A stretch of DNA of 64,000 nucleotides from Anthoceros angustus (GCA_010909165.1 MU008163.1:1116001-1180000), one strand, 5' to 3'. Counted from the stretch's first letter, positions 37,593-50,905 are shown. Made by a program: numbers and translations. Notes: generated by a model not told the origin, from the letters alone.

Positions 37593-38681
37593 ATGGCGGC
37601 AGAGGATGTGGATGCGGGATGGGGTGGATTGGTGAAGGAGGGGAGCGGGTATGATGAGGCCCCCGGGATCTATTCCAGCAAGCTCCCTACCGTCACGTTG
37701 CCGGATGGGAACTCGGCAGCGGGGATTGTGAATCACATTTTCGAGGAGACCCGGAAGCATGGACGGTGGGAGAAGGTCGCCTTGGTGGACGCCGGAACCA
37801 GGGAGGCGCTCACGTTCCAAGAGCTGGAGGAAAAGGTGCGAGAGGTGGAGGCGAAAATGCACAGCGCCATGGCTCCGCTGCCGTTCGCGGGGCCGGCGTA
37901 TGGCGATCATGCACTGTTTCTTGCTCCTAACTCGTTGGAAATGATTGTGGCTCTGCTGGCGTGTTTGCGCGCGGGTGCGGTCGTGCTCCTGCTAATCCTG
38001 CGTACACGGCGGACGAGCTGGAGAGGATCTTCGGGGACAATCTAATGATTGGTGCTGTGTTTACCACTCCGGTTGTGATTGACAGGTTGCGAGCTGAATC
38101 GAAGACGTCCTTCTGGGACTCGAAAAGATGCCAGCATTTATCATCGGAGAGGCGGATCGGAGATGGAAGAGAAGTTTGATTGCACGCTTGCTGACATGTT
38201 CAAAGATGTATCTGCCGTAAACGGCACTGTTTGTAAGATACCACAGGACTGGGAAGCTCTGATGCTGCTGTCCTCTGGCACAGGGGTTAGCAAGGCGACA
38301 GTTCTGACGCATAAGAACCTTATAGCATTTACGACTATCTTCAACGGTAATCCCGTAAATGGAACCAAGGATGATGATATCTACCTGTGCCCGACCCCTC
38401 AGTTCCACATATATGGCCTCGTCGTCGTCACACTGACAAACCTTGTGAGGGGCTACTGTAGTCGTGATGCCCAAGTACTCTTTGCATGGTCTTCTGAAAG
38501 CTGTGGAGGAGTTCCGTGTCACCTATTTGCCTAGTGTGCCTCCCATCGTGCTAGACATCCTGAACTTAAGTGAAGAGGAGCTACGCAAGTATGACTTGTC
38601 TTCCGTGACTCTGATCAGCTGCGGGCTGCACCACTGAAGCAGGAGACCATTGAACGATGCGTTGCCCGCTTCCAGGGGCCA
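37593..38681 (+). pseudogene. 4CL-like type B, copy B3 (duplicate of B1)
   Basis: Same sequence and same RFPG fusion junction as B1. Confidence 0.85.
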
Positions 38682-38690
38682 CGGCAATAC

Positions 38691-41075
38691 TTAAAGCTTG
38701 GCAGTTGTGAGACCGAGTTGTACGAGCTCATGGGTAAGCTTCTTTCGCAATATTTTTCCTGAAGCCAACTTTGGTATGTTGTCAATGAACGCCACTTTTC
38801 GAACTTTCTTGAATGATTACAGACACAGGATAAGCTCCAACTTCCACAGCGTGAAGCTTTAACGCATAGACATTCTGAAGGCATTATGACCAATGGATCT
38901 GAAATTACCTTGTCTGCAGTGTAGCTCTTCACATCCTCTTCGGTCAAGGTGCTTCCAGGGAAGCGAACAACGAAAACCATGAAGGCAGCTGGGCAACGGT
39001 TTTATCAGGGTATCTGCATTCATGAAGTCCAAGCCCACAATAGATAAAAGTGACTTGTTCGACCTAGAAGAAATTGCATAACAGGGTCAATCAGGGGCTA
39101 CAAAACTGTGACAGTTCACCCAACGCATCGATTTAGGTGTCCAAAAATCACGGTACAACAGCGGCATCCTGGATTTCAGGGTGAGTTAGCAACAGGGCTT
39201 CAAGTTCCGAAGGCGACACCTGTCCATCCGGAAATTGCAGGAAGAAATTGCGAGTCACTCTACTCCACTATCTTAACTAACCATAGAAGCAGGCAACTCT
39301 TGTAAGCAGAAGGACCGAATCCAAAAACTTGAAAACTTGAAGAGGCACCTGAAAGCCGCTGTACTTAATAAGCTCGGTCCAGGGGTCGACTATGAAGAGG
39401 TAGCCATCGTCGTTAAAGTAGCCAAGATCGCCTGTGCCAAGCCATCGATCGTTGTCCAGAACTTCGTTTGTTGCCTTAGGATCATTGTAATAGCCTGCAC
39501 AGAATTTATGTTCCCAACCATCAGTTCAAGAAGACCATCATGGAACTAGTACTGCCCATACTAGTTAGTGTAGCAGACTTTCTCCCTTCTAAGGATGTTG
39601 AGGACTTCACGCCTGCTGGCGAACGAAAGGATCAACTGATACCTTCCATGGTTCCAGGACAACGCAACCACAGCTCTCCTTACTGTATGGAGGCAGAAAT
39701 GCCCGTGGACTCCTGATGCGACAACCCTAGGTTGTGTGTTCATGGCGAGAACGCCTACGGGACCGAAGTCTTCTGGCTTGTAACCCGTGGCAGGAAAAGT
39801 GCTCCGACGGCAGTTGTCTCCGTCAATCCCTATGCCTGCCATTCCACAGTCGAAGTCAAAAGCTCGCCGGAATGCTCAAGGACGCTCAAGGACATGTTCA
39901 CAGGCATCCAGGCATATAAGAAATCCAAGTTTAAGAAGTAGGAACGTTGAAGACCAAAATTGTTGTAAATCAGGGACCGAACTACTCACTCACAGTGTGA
40001 AAAGTCGACAAGGTCTGCAGCAAGGAAACAGCATACTTGAATGATCTTCACGTTAGGAAGCACAACTTTCAATGGTGGCCATCTGGAGGTGCTCCCGCGC
40101 TGCTGATCTGAGGCAAAGAGCTCAGATTATACTTGGATGTCTCATCACCACTCTTCAGGATGTCAAGTAGGATTGGGGCACCACCGGCAGATGTGTAACT
40201 TGGTATCGCTCAACAGCCCCTACGAGACCTTGCAGGTTGTAACTGGGAGAATGACCACCTTAATCCCCTCACGAGCTGATTGATTGTGACAACAGCTAGG
40301 CCGTATATGTGAAACTGAGGAACAACGCACACGTAGACATCATTCGGTGAAGCTTGAGTGAGCGGATTTTCATTGTAGATCGTGGCAGAAGCAATCAGGT
40401 TGCGATGCGTCAGGACAACACCCTTGCTCAAACCCGTGTTACCAGAGGAAAAGAGCACCACCGCGGTCATCCGACGATGTGTCCGTGAAGCCGAGCTTGT
40501 ACCGGGTTTCTGCGGGAATACAACTGCGACAACAGGAGGTCTCCCTCCCAACAAAATACAGCTGGTCGTCAGGACCGATCAAGACTGTCTTCGCGAGGTT
40601 GAAGAATGCAGAGGAAGGCCGCAACCTGGCGGCCACCTCTGCGGTAGTGAAATCAAGGCGACCTTCGCATCGGCAACATGCTCCTCGAGCTCTTGCGATG
40701 AGAAGCCCGGATTAGCGATGCCAACCACTGCTCCCAGAGACAATTGCAAGCTTGCAAGCAGAACAAGAACAAACTCCACAGAGTTGGCACACATGAGGAG
40801 CACGTGGATGTGTCCCCGCTCCACTCTTAGCTCCAGCACCCCATGGCCAGAGCTGTGAACTGCTCCTCCATCTCCCCGTAGGTGAGCTCCAGTCCATTCA
40901 TTCCGTCCACCAAGGTCATATTCTTCCGCCTGTGCGACCAGTTTGGGCCGGGCTCGTGGTTCTTGGTTCTTGGAGAACGCAGCAGTCCTGCGGTGGACAT
41001 CTTGCTGGAATGGATCCCGTGGCCTCATCGTAGCCGATGTTGCCTGGACTGAACGGCACCGATGTCACTGTTCTC
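38691..41075 (-). pseudogene. 4CL-like type C, copy C2 (duplicate of C1)
   Basis: Same 17-bp acceptor deletion and 5' deletion as C1. Confidence 0.85.
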
Positions 41076-42073
41076 ACCATAACGATGCATGCAAGTGTGC
41101 CTGTTAATCTGGACGGCGCCCGGCGCGTTCCTGTAGCTTTGGAGCTTTGAGGTACGCTGCCCGCGCTTGCCGCGCTGCCCGGGACGTGAGCCGCGATCAT
41201 GAATTGATGCCTGCTCGACTGGACAAGCACACATCACCGAGACTAGGAGTGGTGGCGGACTGGAGTGGCTTCGATGCATCTACTGGCATCTATTCAGCAA
41301 GATGGCCACCATGGCCTTGCCCGACGACGACTCAGCACCGGGGATTGTGGGGCCGTGGAGTTAGAGTGCGACAGGGCAAGCGGCGCCCACTATTCGAGTC
41401 ACCAACAAAGCAGAACTGGAAACCGATAGAGCGGGAGCTTCACGCGTGAGCCCGCCACGAGCCAAGTGTGCCTGGTAACCTACGCCCGCCTGGACCTCCA
41501 TATAACTTCATATCGCATCATTCCAAAGAGACCCCCATTTCTTTCCGCCATCTTTCGTAAGCTTATCCTGCAATAAGAGACGGGTCATCATGAAAGCAAG
41601 GCGCCCGGCACGATTCCGCTCTAACTGCAGTTGAACCTCAAGTTAACCCCAGTTAAGTCACCCGAAGCCAAGAACCACACGGCTCGGAATGTCCTTGGAG
41701 TCGAATGAACTGAACCCGCCCGTAGGTGACCGCCCACGAGCGTTATGTGGGAGGCAGGTCCTTTCGCGCTCGCGCTCCCGCTCCCGCGACCAGTTCGTTA
41801 TTACCACCTCCGGAGGCAACCCGCTGGGCGCCGACCGCAGGACGGCGACCGGCGCATTCCTGTAGCTAGCTAGGGCTTTGCAGGTACGCTGCCCGCCCTT
41901 GCCGCGCTGCCCGGGGCGTGAGCCGTCATCATGAATTGATGCCTGTTCGACTAGACAAGCACACACCGAGTGTAGGCGACGGGTGCAACTTGTGAGACGC
42001 GCTGCTAGCTCGCGTTCTGTGATTCGCGTCTCGTGTCCAGATCGCGGCGAGCGCTGTTGGAAGCGCGCGAGCT

Positions 42074-43710
42074 ATGGCGGCAGAGGATGTGGATGCGGCA
42101 TGGGGTGGATTGGTGAAGGAGGGAGGTATGATGAGGCTACCGGGATCTATTCCAGCAAGCTCCCTACCATCACGTTGCCGGACGGGAACTCGGCAGCGGG
42201 ATTGTGAATCACATTTTCGAGGAGACGCGGAAGCATGGACGGTGGGAGAAGGTCGCCTTGGTGGATGCCACAACCGGGGAGGCGCTCACGTTCCGACAGC
42301 TGGAGGAGAAGGTGAACAGGGTCATGGCTCTGCTGCCGTTCGCCGGGCCGACGTATGGCGATCATGCACTGTTTCTTGCTCCTAACTCGTTGGAAATGAT
42401 TGTGGCTCTGCTGGCGTGTTTGCGCGCGGGTGCGGTCGTGCTCCCTGCTAATCCTGCGTACACGGCGCAGGATGCGAGCTGAATCGAAGACGTCCTTCTG
42501 GGACTCGAAAAAGATGCCAGCATTTATAATCGGAGAGGCGGATCCGAAATGGAAGAGAGGGGAGTTTGATTGCACGCTTGCTGACATGTTCAAAGATGTA
42601 TTTGCTTTGGACCGCTTTGTATATAAGATACCGCAGAACTGGGAAGCTCTGATGCTGCTGTCCTCTGGCACCACGGGGGTGAGCAAGGCGACAGTCCTGA
42701 CGCATAAGAACCTTATAGCATTTACGACTATCTTCAACGGTAATCCCGTGAATGGAACCAAGGATGATGATATCTACGTGTGCCCGACCCCTCAGTTCCA
42801 CATATATGGCCTCGTCGTCGTCACACTGGCAAACCTTGTGAGGGGGGCTACTGTAGTCGTGATGCCCAAGTACTCTTTGCATGGTCTTCTGAAAGCTGTG
42901 GAGGAGTTCCGTGTCACCTATTTGCCTATTGTGCCTCCCATCGTGCTAGACATCCTGAACTTAAGTGAAGAGGAGCTGCGCAAGTATGACCTGTCTTCCG
43001 TGACTCTGATCAGCTGCGGGCCTGCACCACTGAAGCAGGAGACCATTGAACGATGCGTTGCCCGCTTCCCAGGGGCCAAGTTCCTGCAGGTAAATCTCAT
43101 GGCGTCAGGTTAACTTGATGATCATCCGGATCTGATTAATTCAGAGATGGTGTTAGATTTGAAGTGACTTCCTTTCTGTTGCCGATTCTTTGATCACGCA
43201 CTGACCTGAGACTCCGTAATTTCAATGTGTGGCATGGTTACGGTATGACGGAGACTTGCGCCCTGGGGGCAACCTTTCCTGCCGTTGGTTACAGGCCAGA
43301 TTACTTTGGATCTGTAGGCCTTTTGCACTCCAACACTGAAGCGAAAGTCGTGGATACACAGACGGGAGCGTCTCTTGGCCCGAATAAACAAGAAGAGCTC
43401 TGGTTTCCAAGTCCTGGAAACATGAAAGGTAGGGAGAATACTTTTTGCACCAGCACCCTCTGACTGCTGCCACCACAACTTGTTACATGCATACGCAGTC
43501 GATCACCTTAAATTAGCTGTCCAGAGTACAGATTCATGGGCTACACTAACTTCACTCCATGCAGGTTATAAGGGTAACCCGAAGGCAACTCTTGAGGCTA
43601 TTGACAAAGATGAGTGGCTTCATTCGGGAGATGTGGGCTACATCAACGAGGATGGGTTTCTATACATTATCTATCGCATCAAAGAGATCATCAAGTACAA
43701 GGGATTCCAG
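42074..43710 (+). pseudogene. 4CL-like type B, copy B4 (duplicate of B2)
   Basis: Same AQDAS* deletion; clean SSGTTGVSKA; ends at KYKGFQ. Confidence 0.85.
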
Positions 43711-43909
43711 CGCACGAAGAGGTGTTGGCACTGTGGAGCGCCAAGCGCGCGGGCTATGGCGGCAGAGGATGGGGATGCGGGAGAGGTTGGAGTGGTACAG
43801 AAGGGGAGCAGCCGGTACGATTGAGGCCACCCGGATCTATTTCAGCACGACAAGTCTGTTTTTTCCTCATGGTTTGTTTATTCATTCCCTGTTTTGTTTG
43901 TTGTTCTAG

Positions 43910-45085
43910 GGACAATCTAAACCCAGGTTTCAAAACCTATACTATTGTTCGGGTCTTGGGGATTATGGCCATTGTCAAACAGACTTCCATCCAGATTGTA
44001 GCCGGGACCAAATTGCCAGAGTGCACGGTGAAGTTTTTAATGCTCTTCGTATACACTGGTGAGTCCCTTTGCTTTTGATGTTTCAATAAGTATACAGTCA
44101 TATTGGGCTTACTCTGCCGTCTATCTTTTGCAGGTGTGGTCATGTTTTTCTTGGTGAGCGCTTGGAAAAATTTTCAGGGACTGCTGGTAGATTCTTGCCG
44201 GTAGATTCTTGATGCTGTTGAAGCTTCACCCTGCTGGCCTTGCTTCACGATCACGACTCTGATGGATCTGGAAACATATCTGGACTGGTGATCGTTGTCC
44301 AGAACTTCGTCTGTTAACAGCCTTAGGATAATTGTAATAGCTGCTGCATCACATGTTCCAAATCATCAGTTCAAGGAGACCATTATGATACTAGTACTGC
44401 CCACACTAGTTAGTGTAGCAAACTTTCTCTCTTCTAAGGATTTTCAGGACATTACGCCTGCTAGCGAGCGAAAATTTACGCGAAATCTGTGGATCAGCTC
44501 ATACCTTCCACGCTTCCAGGACAACGTAACCGCAGCTCTCCCTGACGATATGGAGGTAGAAATGCCGGTGGACTCCCTGATTCGACAACCCTAGCTTGTG
44601 TGTTCATGGCGAGCACGCCTACGGAACCCAAGTATTCTGGTTTGGAACAGTGGCAGGAAAAAGTGCTCCGACCGCAGAGTTGTATGTGTTAATCCATATC
44701 TCTGCCATTCCACAGTCGAAGTCAAAAAGCTTGCCGCAACGCTCAAGGACTTGTTCACAGGCATCCAGGCATAAGAGAACTCCAACTTTCAAATTGGGCT
44801 CTACACACTTTAGCCGTTACCAAATTATCAAACCTGCCGGTGAAATATGCCATCCTGTTCGTAAACATTTGTGAGTCCCCTTTGCTTTTGATGTTGTTCC
44901 ACTGAGTATTCAGTCATATTGGGCTTACTAACTCTGCCGTCTATTTTTGGCAGGTGTGCTTATGTTTTTCGTGGTGAGCGCTTGGAGAAAAATTCGGGGT
45001 GTGGCCGGTGTATTCCTTGATGCTGTAGAAGCTTCACCCTGCTGGCCCTGCTTCACGATCACGACCCTGATGGACTTGGAAAGAT
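43910..45085 (+). pseudogene. Two paralogous relics of an unidentified two-exon hydrophobic (membrane-like) gene X
   Basis: Exon ...KLPECTVKFLMLFVYT|gtgagt...tttgcag|GVVMFFLVSAW...DAVEASPCWPCFT at 43910-44275; diverged repeat at about 44808-45085; first exon also at 37175-37325. Confidence 0.5.
44290..44800 (-). pseudogene. Older internal relic (exons 2-3) of a type C 4CL-like gene
   Basis: Diverged homology to 46220-46680 (GTTGTCCAGAACTTCGTCTG, CCATTCCACAGTCGAAGTCAAAA). Confidence 0.75.
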
Positions 45086-45086
45086 G

Positions 45087-45410
45087 ACTCTAGAGAAGGA
45101 GAGACATATGTGCGCAATGTGCAATGTTTTTCCCTTATGCTGTAAGCACTGCATAGTTCTCACAATCGTTCCGGAGAAACTAGTGGTACTTACTCCCTCG
45201 TCATTCAGTTCACCTCTAAGACTAACATGTCATCTGGATTCAACTACTCTGGAGAAGGAGAGACATATATGCGCAATGTGCAATGTCGTTCCCTTATGCT
45301 GTAAGCACTGCATAGTTCTCACAATCGTTCCGGAGAAACTAGTGGTACTTACTCCCTCGTCATACAGTTCACCTCTGAGACTAGCTAGCATGTCATCTGG
45401 ATTCAACCTT
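45087..45410. repeat. Two-copy ~159-bp tandem repeat immediately downstream of C3
   Basis: ACTCT(A/G)GAGAAGGAGAGACATAT starts at 45087 and 45246. Confidence 0.9.
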
Positions 45411-45445
45411 GGGCAAAAGCTCAAGCTGAATGTATTCGGCCATAC

Positions 45446-48043
45446 TTAAAGCTTCGCTGTTGTGAGACCGAGTTGTACCAGCTCATCGGTAAGCTTCTTT
45501 CGCAATATTTTTCCTGAAGCCAACTTTGGTATGTTGTCAATGAACGCCACTTTTCGAACTTTCTTGAATGAAGCGGTCTGCCAGAAAGTTACAGACACAG
45601 GATAAGCTCCAGCGACCACAGTGTGAAGCTTTAAAAAGCATAGACATTCTGAAGGCATTATGACCAATGGATCTGAAATTACCCTGTCTGCAGTGTAGCT
45701 CTTCACATCCTCTTCAGTCAAGGTGCTTCCAGGGAAGCGAACAACGAAAGCCATAGGCAGCTCGCCAACGGTTTTATCAGGGTATCTGCATTCATGAAGT
45801 CCAAGCCCACAATAGATAAAAGTGATTTGTTCGAAGAAATTGTCTAACAGGGTCAACCAAGGGCTACAAAACTGTGAGAGTGTCACCCAACGCATCGATG
45901 TAGGTGTCCAAAAACTTACGGTACAACAGCGGCATCCTGGATTTCAGGGTGAGTGAGCAACAAGGCTTCAAGTTCCGAAGGTGACACCTGTCCATCCGGA
46001 AATTGCAGGGAGGAAATACGAGTCACTAGACTCCACTATCTCAACAAACCATAGAAGCAGTCAACTCTTGTAAGCAGGAGGACCGAATCCAAAAACTTGA
46101 AGAAGAACTTGAAGAGGCACCTGAAAGCCGCTGTACTTAATAAGCTCGTCCAAGGGGTCGACTATGAAGAGGTAGCCATCGTCGTTAAAGTAGCCGACAT
46201 CGCCAGTTCGAAGCCATCGATCGTTGTCCAGAACTTCGTCTGTTGCCTTAGGATCATTGTAATAGCCTGCACCAAATTTATGTTCCCAACCATCAGTTCA
46301 AGAAGACCATCAAGGTACTAGTAATGCCCACACTAGTTAGTGTAGCAAACTTTCTCTTCACGCAAAATCTGTGGATCAACTTATACCTTCCATGGTTCCA
46401 GGACAACGCAACCACAGCTCTCCCTGACGGTATGGAGGCAGAAATGCCCGTGGGCTCCCTGATGCTACGACCCTAGCTTGTGTGTTCATGGCGAGAACGC
46501 CTACGGAACCAAAGTATTCTCGCTTGTAATCAGTGGCAGGAAAAAGCGCTCCGACGGCAGTTGTCTCCGTCAAACCATATCCCTGCCATTCCACAGTCGA
46601 AGTCAAAAACCTTGCCGGAACGCTCAAGGACTTGTTCACAGGCATCCAGGCATAAGAGAACTCCAAGCTTAAGAAGTAGCAACATTGAAGACCAAAAATT
46701 GTTGTAAATCAGGGACCGAACTACTCACTCACAGTGTGAAAGTCGACAATGTCTGCAGCAAGGAAACAGCATACCTGAATGATCTTCACGTTAGGAAACC
46801 GCGAAGCACAACTTTCAATGGTGGCCTTCTGGAGGGGTGCTCCCGCGCTGCTGATCTGAGTCAAAGAGCTCAGATTATACTTGGATATCTCATCACCACT
46901 CTTCAGGATGTCGAATAGGATTGGGGGCACCACCGGCAGATGTGTAACTTGGTATCGCTCAACAGCCCCTACGAGACCTTGCAGGTTGTAACTGGGGAGA
47001 ATGACCACCTTAATCCCCCTCACGAGCTGATTGATTGTGACAACAGCTAGGCCGTATATGTGAAACTGAGGAACAACGCACACGTAGACATCATTCGGTG
47101 AAGCTTGAGTGAGCGGATTTTCATTGTAGATCGTGGCAGAATCAATCAGGTTGCGATGCGTCAGGACAACACCCTTGCTCAAACCCGTGTTACCAGAGGA
47201 AAAGAGCACCACTGCGGGGTCATCCGACAATATGTGAATCCGTGAAGCCGAGCTTGTACCGGGTTTCTGCGGGGAATACAACTGCGACAACAGGAGATCT
47301 CCCCTCCCCTCAAAATACAGCTGGTCGTCAGGACCGATCAAGACTGTCTTCGCGAGGCCGAAGAATGCAGAGGAAGGCCGCAACCTGGCGGCCACCTCTG
47401 CGGTAGTGAAAATCAAGGCGACCTTCGCATCGGCTACATGCTCCTCGAGCTCTTGCGATGAGAAGCCCGGATTAGCGATGCCAACCACTGCTCCCAGAGA
47501 CAAGCTTGCAAGCAGAACAAGAACAAACTCCACAGAGTTGGCACACATAAGAAGCACATGTGTCCCCCGCTCCACTCCTAGCTCCAGCAACCCCATGGCC
47601 AGAGCTGTGAATCGCTCCTCCATCTCCCCGTAGGTGAGCTCCAGCCCCGTCACTCCGTCCACCAGGGCCACATTCTTCCGACTGTGTGACCAGTTCGGGG
47701 CGGGCTCGTGGTTCTTGGAGAAAATGTACTCCACTACTCCCATATTGAAATGACGCGGCAGTCTTGCGGCGGGCATCTTGCTGGAATAGATCCCCGTGGT
47801 CTCATCGTAGCCGATGTTGCCTGGATTGAACGGCACCGCTGTCACTTCATCGTTCTTGCTCCTGCGGAAAACTCCTGCAAACAAGTTCTCACCATAGCGA
47901 TCCGACATTCGTGCCGTGTTGTGCCAGATTGTGGAGTACGAGGCCTTGACGCTGGTGTCAGCCTCCTCGCTCGCCAGCCTGCCTTCAGTAGGCCCCGGAA
48001 GTTCGAGGTATGTGAGACTCTCGGCCGAGGTTGCGCTCGCCAT
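45446..48043 (-). CDS. 4CL-like acyl-activating enzyme type C, copy C3: intact 6-exon gene with PTS1 (AKL); related to the peroxisomal OPCL1/4CL-like clade
   Basis: Exon 1 to 46775 (start at 48043 or the in-frame Met at 47908; [27 protein letters not shown]); exon 2 46582-46387 ([16 protein letters not shown]); then [51 protein letters not shown]. Canonical GT-AG introns. Confidence 0.92.
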
Positions 48044-49132
48044 GGCCTTAACGCTCTTCTCAAGAACTCGTCAAAATCGCTCGAAATTGGAATGAGGCCC
48101 GTAAGCTTTTACAATGCCAAAGCACCGCTGCCTGCGAGAACACACGCACAAGGGACCAGGCTGCCTTCGAACATACAGAAACGTCTCATTGAGAGCCCTC
48201 CTCAGTGACTTTCCTTTGAGACGTCTCAAAGGGAGCCATCATTATCTAGCGAACCTGTCCCATCTCCCAGCCCATGCATGCTTGTCCATGATGGCAAGTA
48301 AATTTCGATCGTGAAACCTGAAGACTTACAGGGCTACTTGTCCATGCTGGATAGCTTAGTGAAATTCATTTCACGAGCGCATTTTCGGTTCTAAATGGTT
48401 GCTGAGTACCTATGTGAGCGCATTCTCGTTTCCAAACGGTTGCCTAGTAGGTACTATACCTAGGTCTGTCAATACGAAGTGATATATCTGAATCATCAAT
48501 TTATTTTAGAATTAAACATTAAATAATCTATGTAAGGAGGGTTCTACACTGGTGAAAAGCATGGAGGTAGGCATCTATGACAATCTTATCCACTATGGAG
48601 AATTTCTTTGTTGATTTAGGTAGATCATACAGCAATGATCAAGAGCAGAATTATATAGCAAACATGTACGAAAAATTGTTACACAGGCTCTAAATAGCCG
48701 TGGAGTAGGTACTGTCTGTGTTTTTATGAAACAGCATTATAATGAAGAATGTCCATGAGACAGTTTAGCACCCGACGAATTTTCGACAAGCTGCTGGTGC
48801 CTTGAAATGAGCAACGAACAAGGTAGCCTTCCAGCCGGGTGCGAATCAGGACAGACTTCTCGTGTTGCCACATGTAATATTCTTCTTCAAAGAGGGCTTA
48901 CAACAAAGACTGCCGCTTGCCTACTACCATACTCGTCTGATTATGTATCTGTAGAACATCATAGCGTTCAAATCTGGCTTTTAGCTGTGAGACTAGGTCC
49001 AGATTATTGGAAAACATGACAGGAGGAGTAAGATGTGCAGAGTTGCAAAGTTATTGCTTTACGTGGCCACATGCATGTTAGCGCAGTACCTTAGAACGCT
49101 GTGCCGGATGCAGAGATAACTTGAAGGATAAT

Positions 49133-49509
49133 TTAACTGAAGCCATAGCCGCAGAAGCCGAAAGCGCAGGTGTTTCCCACTGGACACACATTGCCGCAGC
49201 TGCCGCAGTTGGAAGAATCGGTTTGCGTGTCGATGCACAGGCCTATGCAACAGCTGGTGCCGAAGGGGCAGACGTTGTCGCAGTAGCCGCAGTTATTGCT
49301 ATCGTACTCCGTGTTGACGCACTTGGAGCCGCAGCATGTCGGCCCCTCGGGGTAGTAGGACGGATCAAGGCAGATGGACGGATTGGGAGCGCATCCGGCA
49401 TCCGCTGTCCGCCTCCGCACCGGGAGCTGCCGCAGCGACATCAGTCGATTCCGGGAAGCTTGCTGCGTGTGCGAATTGAGGAAGAAGCTGTCCCTCACTT
49501 TCGGCCTTC

Positions 49510-49540
<31 letters not shown>

Positions 49541-49843
49541 TGTTGCGGCGTCGGGATGTCGGTCCGGCTGCTTCATTTTCTGCACCGCTGCGGACTCCCG
49601 CCGGATCCACCTGCCGTCCTCCACCGAGTCCTCGTCTGAATCGGAGTCGGCCACGTCCAATTGCGCCTGCTCGTCCTCGGCTTCCACGCCGAACAGCACC
49701 GGCTCCGCGTCGTCCTTCAGCTCTGCAAAATCATCCGACGCCGAAGCCGGCGTCGCTGCGGCCAGGAGTACCAGGCTGAGGCAGGCGAGGGAAAGCAGCA
49801 ACGTGTTCCGCCTGGCAGGTGATCGCGCATCAAATCTGGCCAT
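49133..49843 (-). CDS. STIG1: STIG1-domain secreted cysteine-rich protein, 236 aa, intronless
   Basis: Hydrophobic signal peptide; acidic and poly-Ala pro-region; C-terminal C..NPSIC...CCG.KCVN...D.NNCG.C...C..G..CC.G.C.....D..NCG.CG..C..G..C..G.C.Y pattern. Confidence 0.93.
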
Positions 49844-50905
49844 TACGGATTGGACGCTCGGACGCTGCTAAGCTGCTGCGACGCGAGACTCACAACCACG
49901 CGGAGCCGCTCGGACGCAGGTGTGAAGCAGCCAGCCGGCGAGCGCGTCTGGAGCAGAAGAGCTCCAAGAACGCTTCAAGTGCGAGGCGCTGCTTCCTTCA
50001 GCGGCGCAGGAACTGGCTGGGCCACACCCGTCGTCCGTACGCTCCAACGGACACACTATTTAACCCGAGGTAAAACTGGCCCTTATTCAAATTCCTACCT
50101 TGCTTTATTCAAAAGAATGCATAGTTCTCTCGCCCAGCCCTGCCTTCTCGGTTTTGTGCTCGCCCTTTTACAGCCCCGCCATGAGGCGCTACAACAGTTA
50201 CCAAGCCTCCTGACAGTACCGCCTTGCAAGTTGCTGCTGTTCTGCCTGATTCCAGCCCACCACCCAATGTCAGGATTTGAGGACAGCATAGCGACTGGCA
50301 ATTGATTGTGTGCATGTAGCAAGCTCTGGCCTCAGGCATCGTCATCGTCCAGGCTGAGCAGAAAAGAAGCCGCAATCAATGAGCTCGTAAAGCTTGTCAC
50401 AGGCATTTGAGCTTGCGGTATCGGCTTTTCAGAAGTGCTCAGTGTGACAGTCGGTACTCACAAGTCTCTCCGAGTGGCTGGGACGCTGCAATTGAATTCA
50501 TGAAGTTGCCGTGAGTTGTAAGCAAAGGCTGGACATGAGGCAGGCCCCAATCTGGATCTGGGCTGCAGATATGTATGTATGTACAGAGCTCACACATGTG
50601 TATGGAGCGAGCAGGTGAGGAGGTAGAGGCTCGTCCTGCGGCTTACTTCATACATATGCGTGATGCTCACACAGCCTTCGTCTCGGCACGCTTCTGCAGA
50701 AAAATCCTGCCACTTCCTGCATGAGATTTAATGGGCATGTCACCATCCTGTCCCGGGAGACTGTGTACCTGGAACAACTCTTTCAAGGAACCTCTTATGC
50801 ATGCATGTACCATCTGGAAAGTCACAGGCCGGCCAATCGAGTTCAAAATGATTCATGTTAGGGAGCTTACAAAAGGTCAGGGTACTCAAACTTGCTTCTC
50901 CCGAT

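Larger units (their letters stand above)
30630..44135. repeat. Direct tandem duplication, two ~6.75-kb units (30630-37391 and 37392-44126)
   Basis: Identical gene order; differences seen are mostly 1-bp indels; junction motif TTTGCAGGT at 30630, 37392 and 44127. Confidence 0.95.

Noticed and set aside
30836-43710. Single-base frameshifts as evidence of pseudogenisation or copy divergence
   Set aside because: They fall in homopolymers and differ between duplicate units, typical of long-read error; only larger lesions shared by both copies were used.
45446-48043. Luciferase (bioluminescence) interpretation of the PTS1-bearing ANL enzyme
   Set aside because: The fold and PTS1 are shared by ordinary plant peroxisomal 4CL-like enzymes; nothing in the sequence indicates oxygenase activity.
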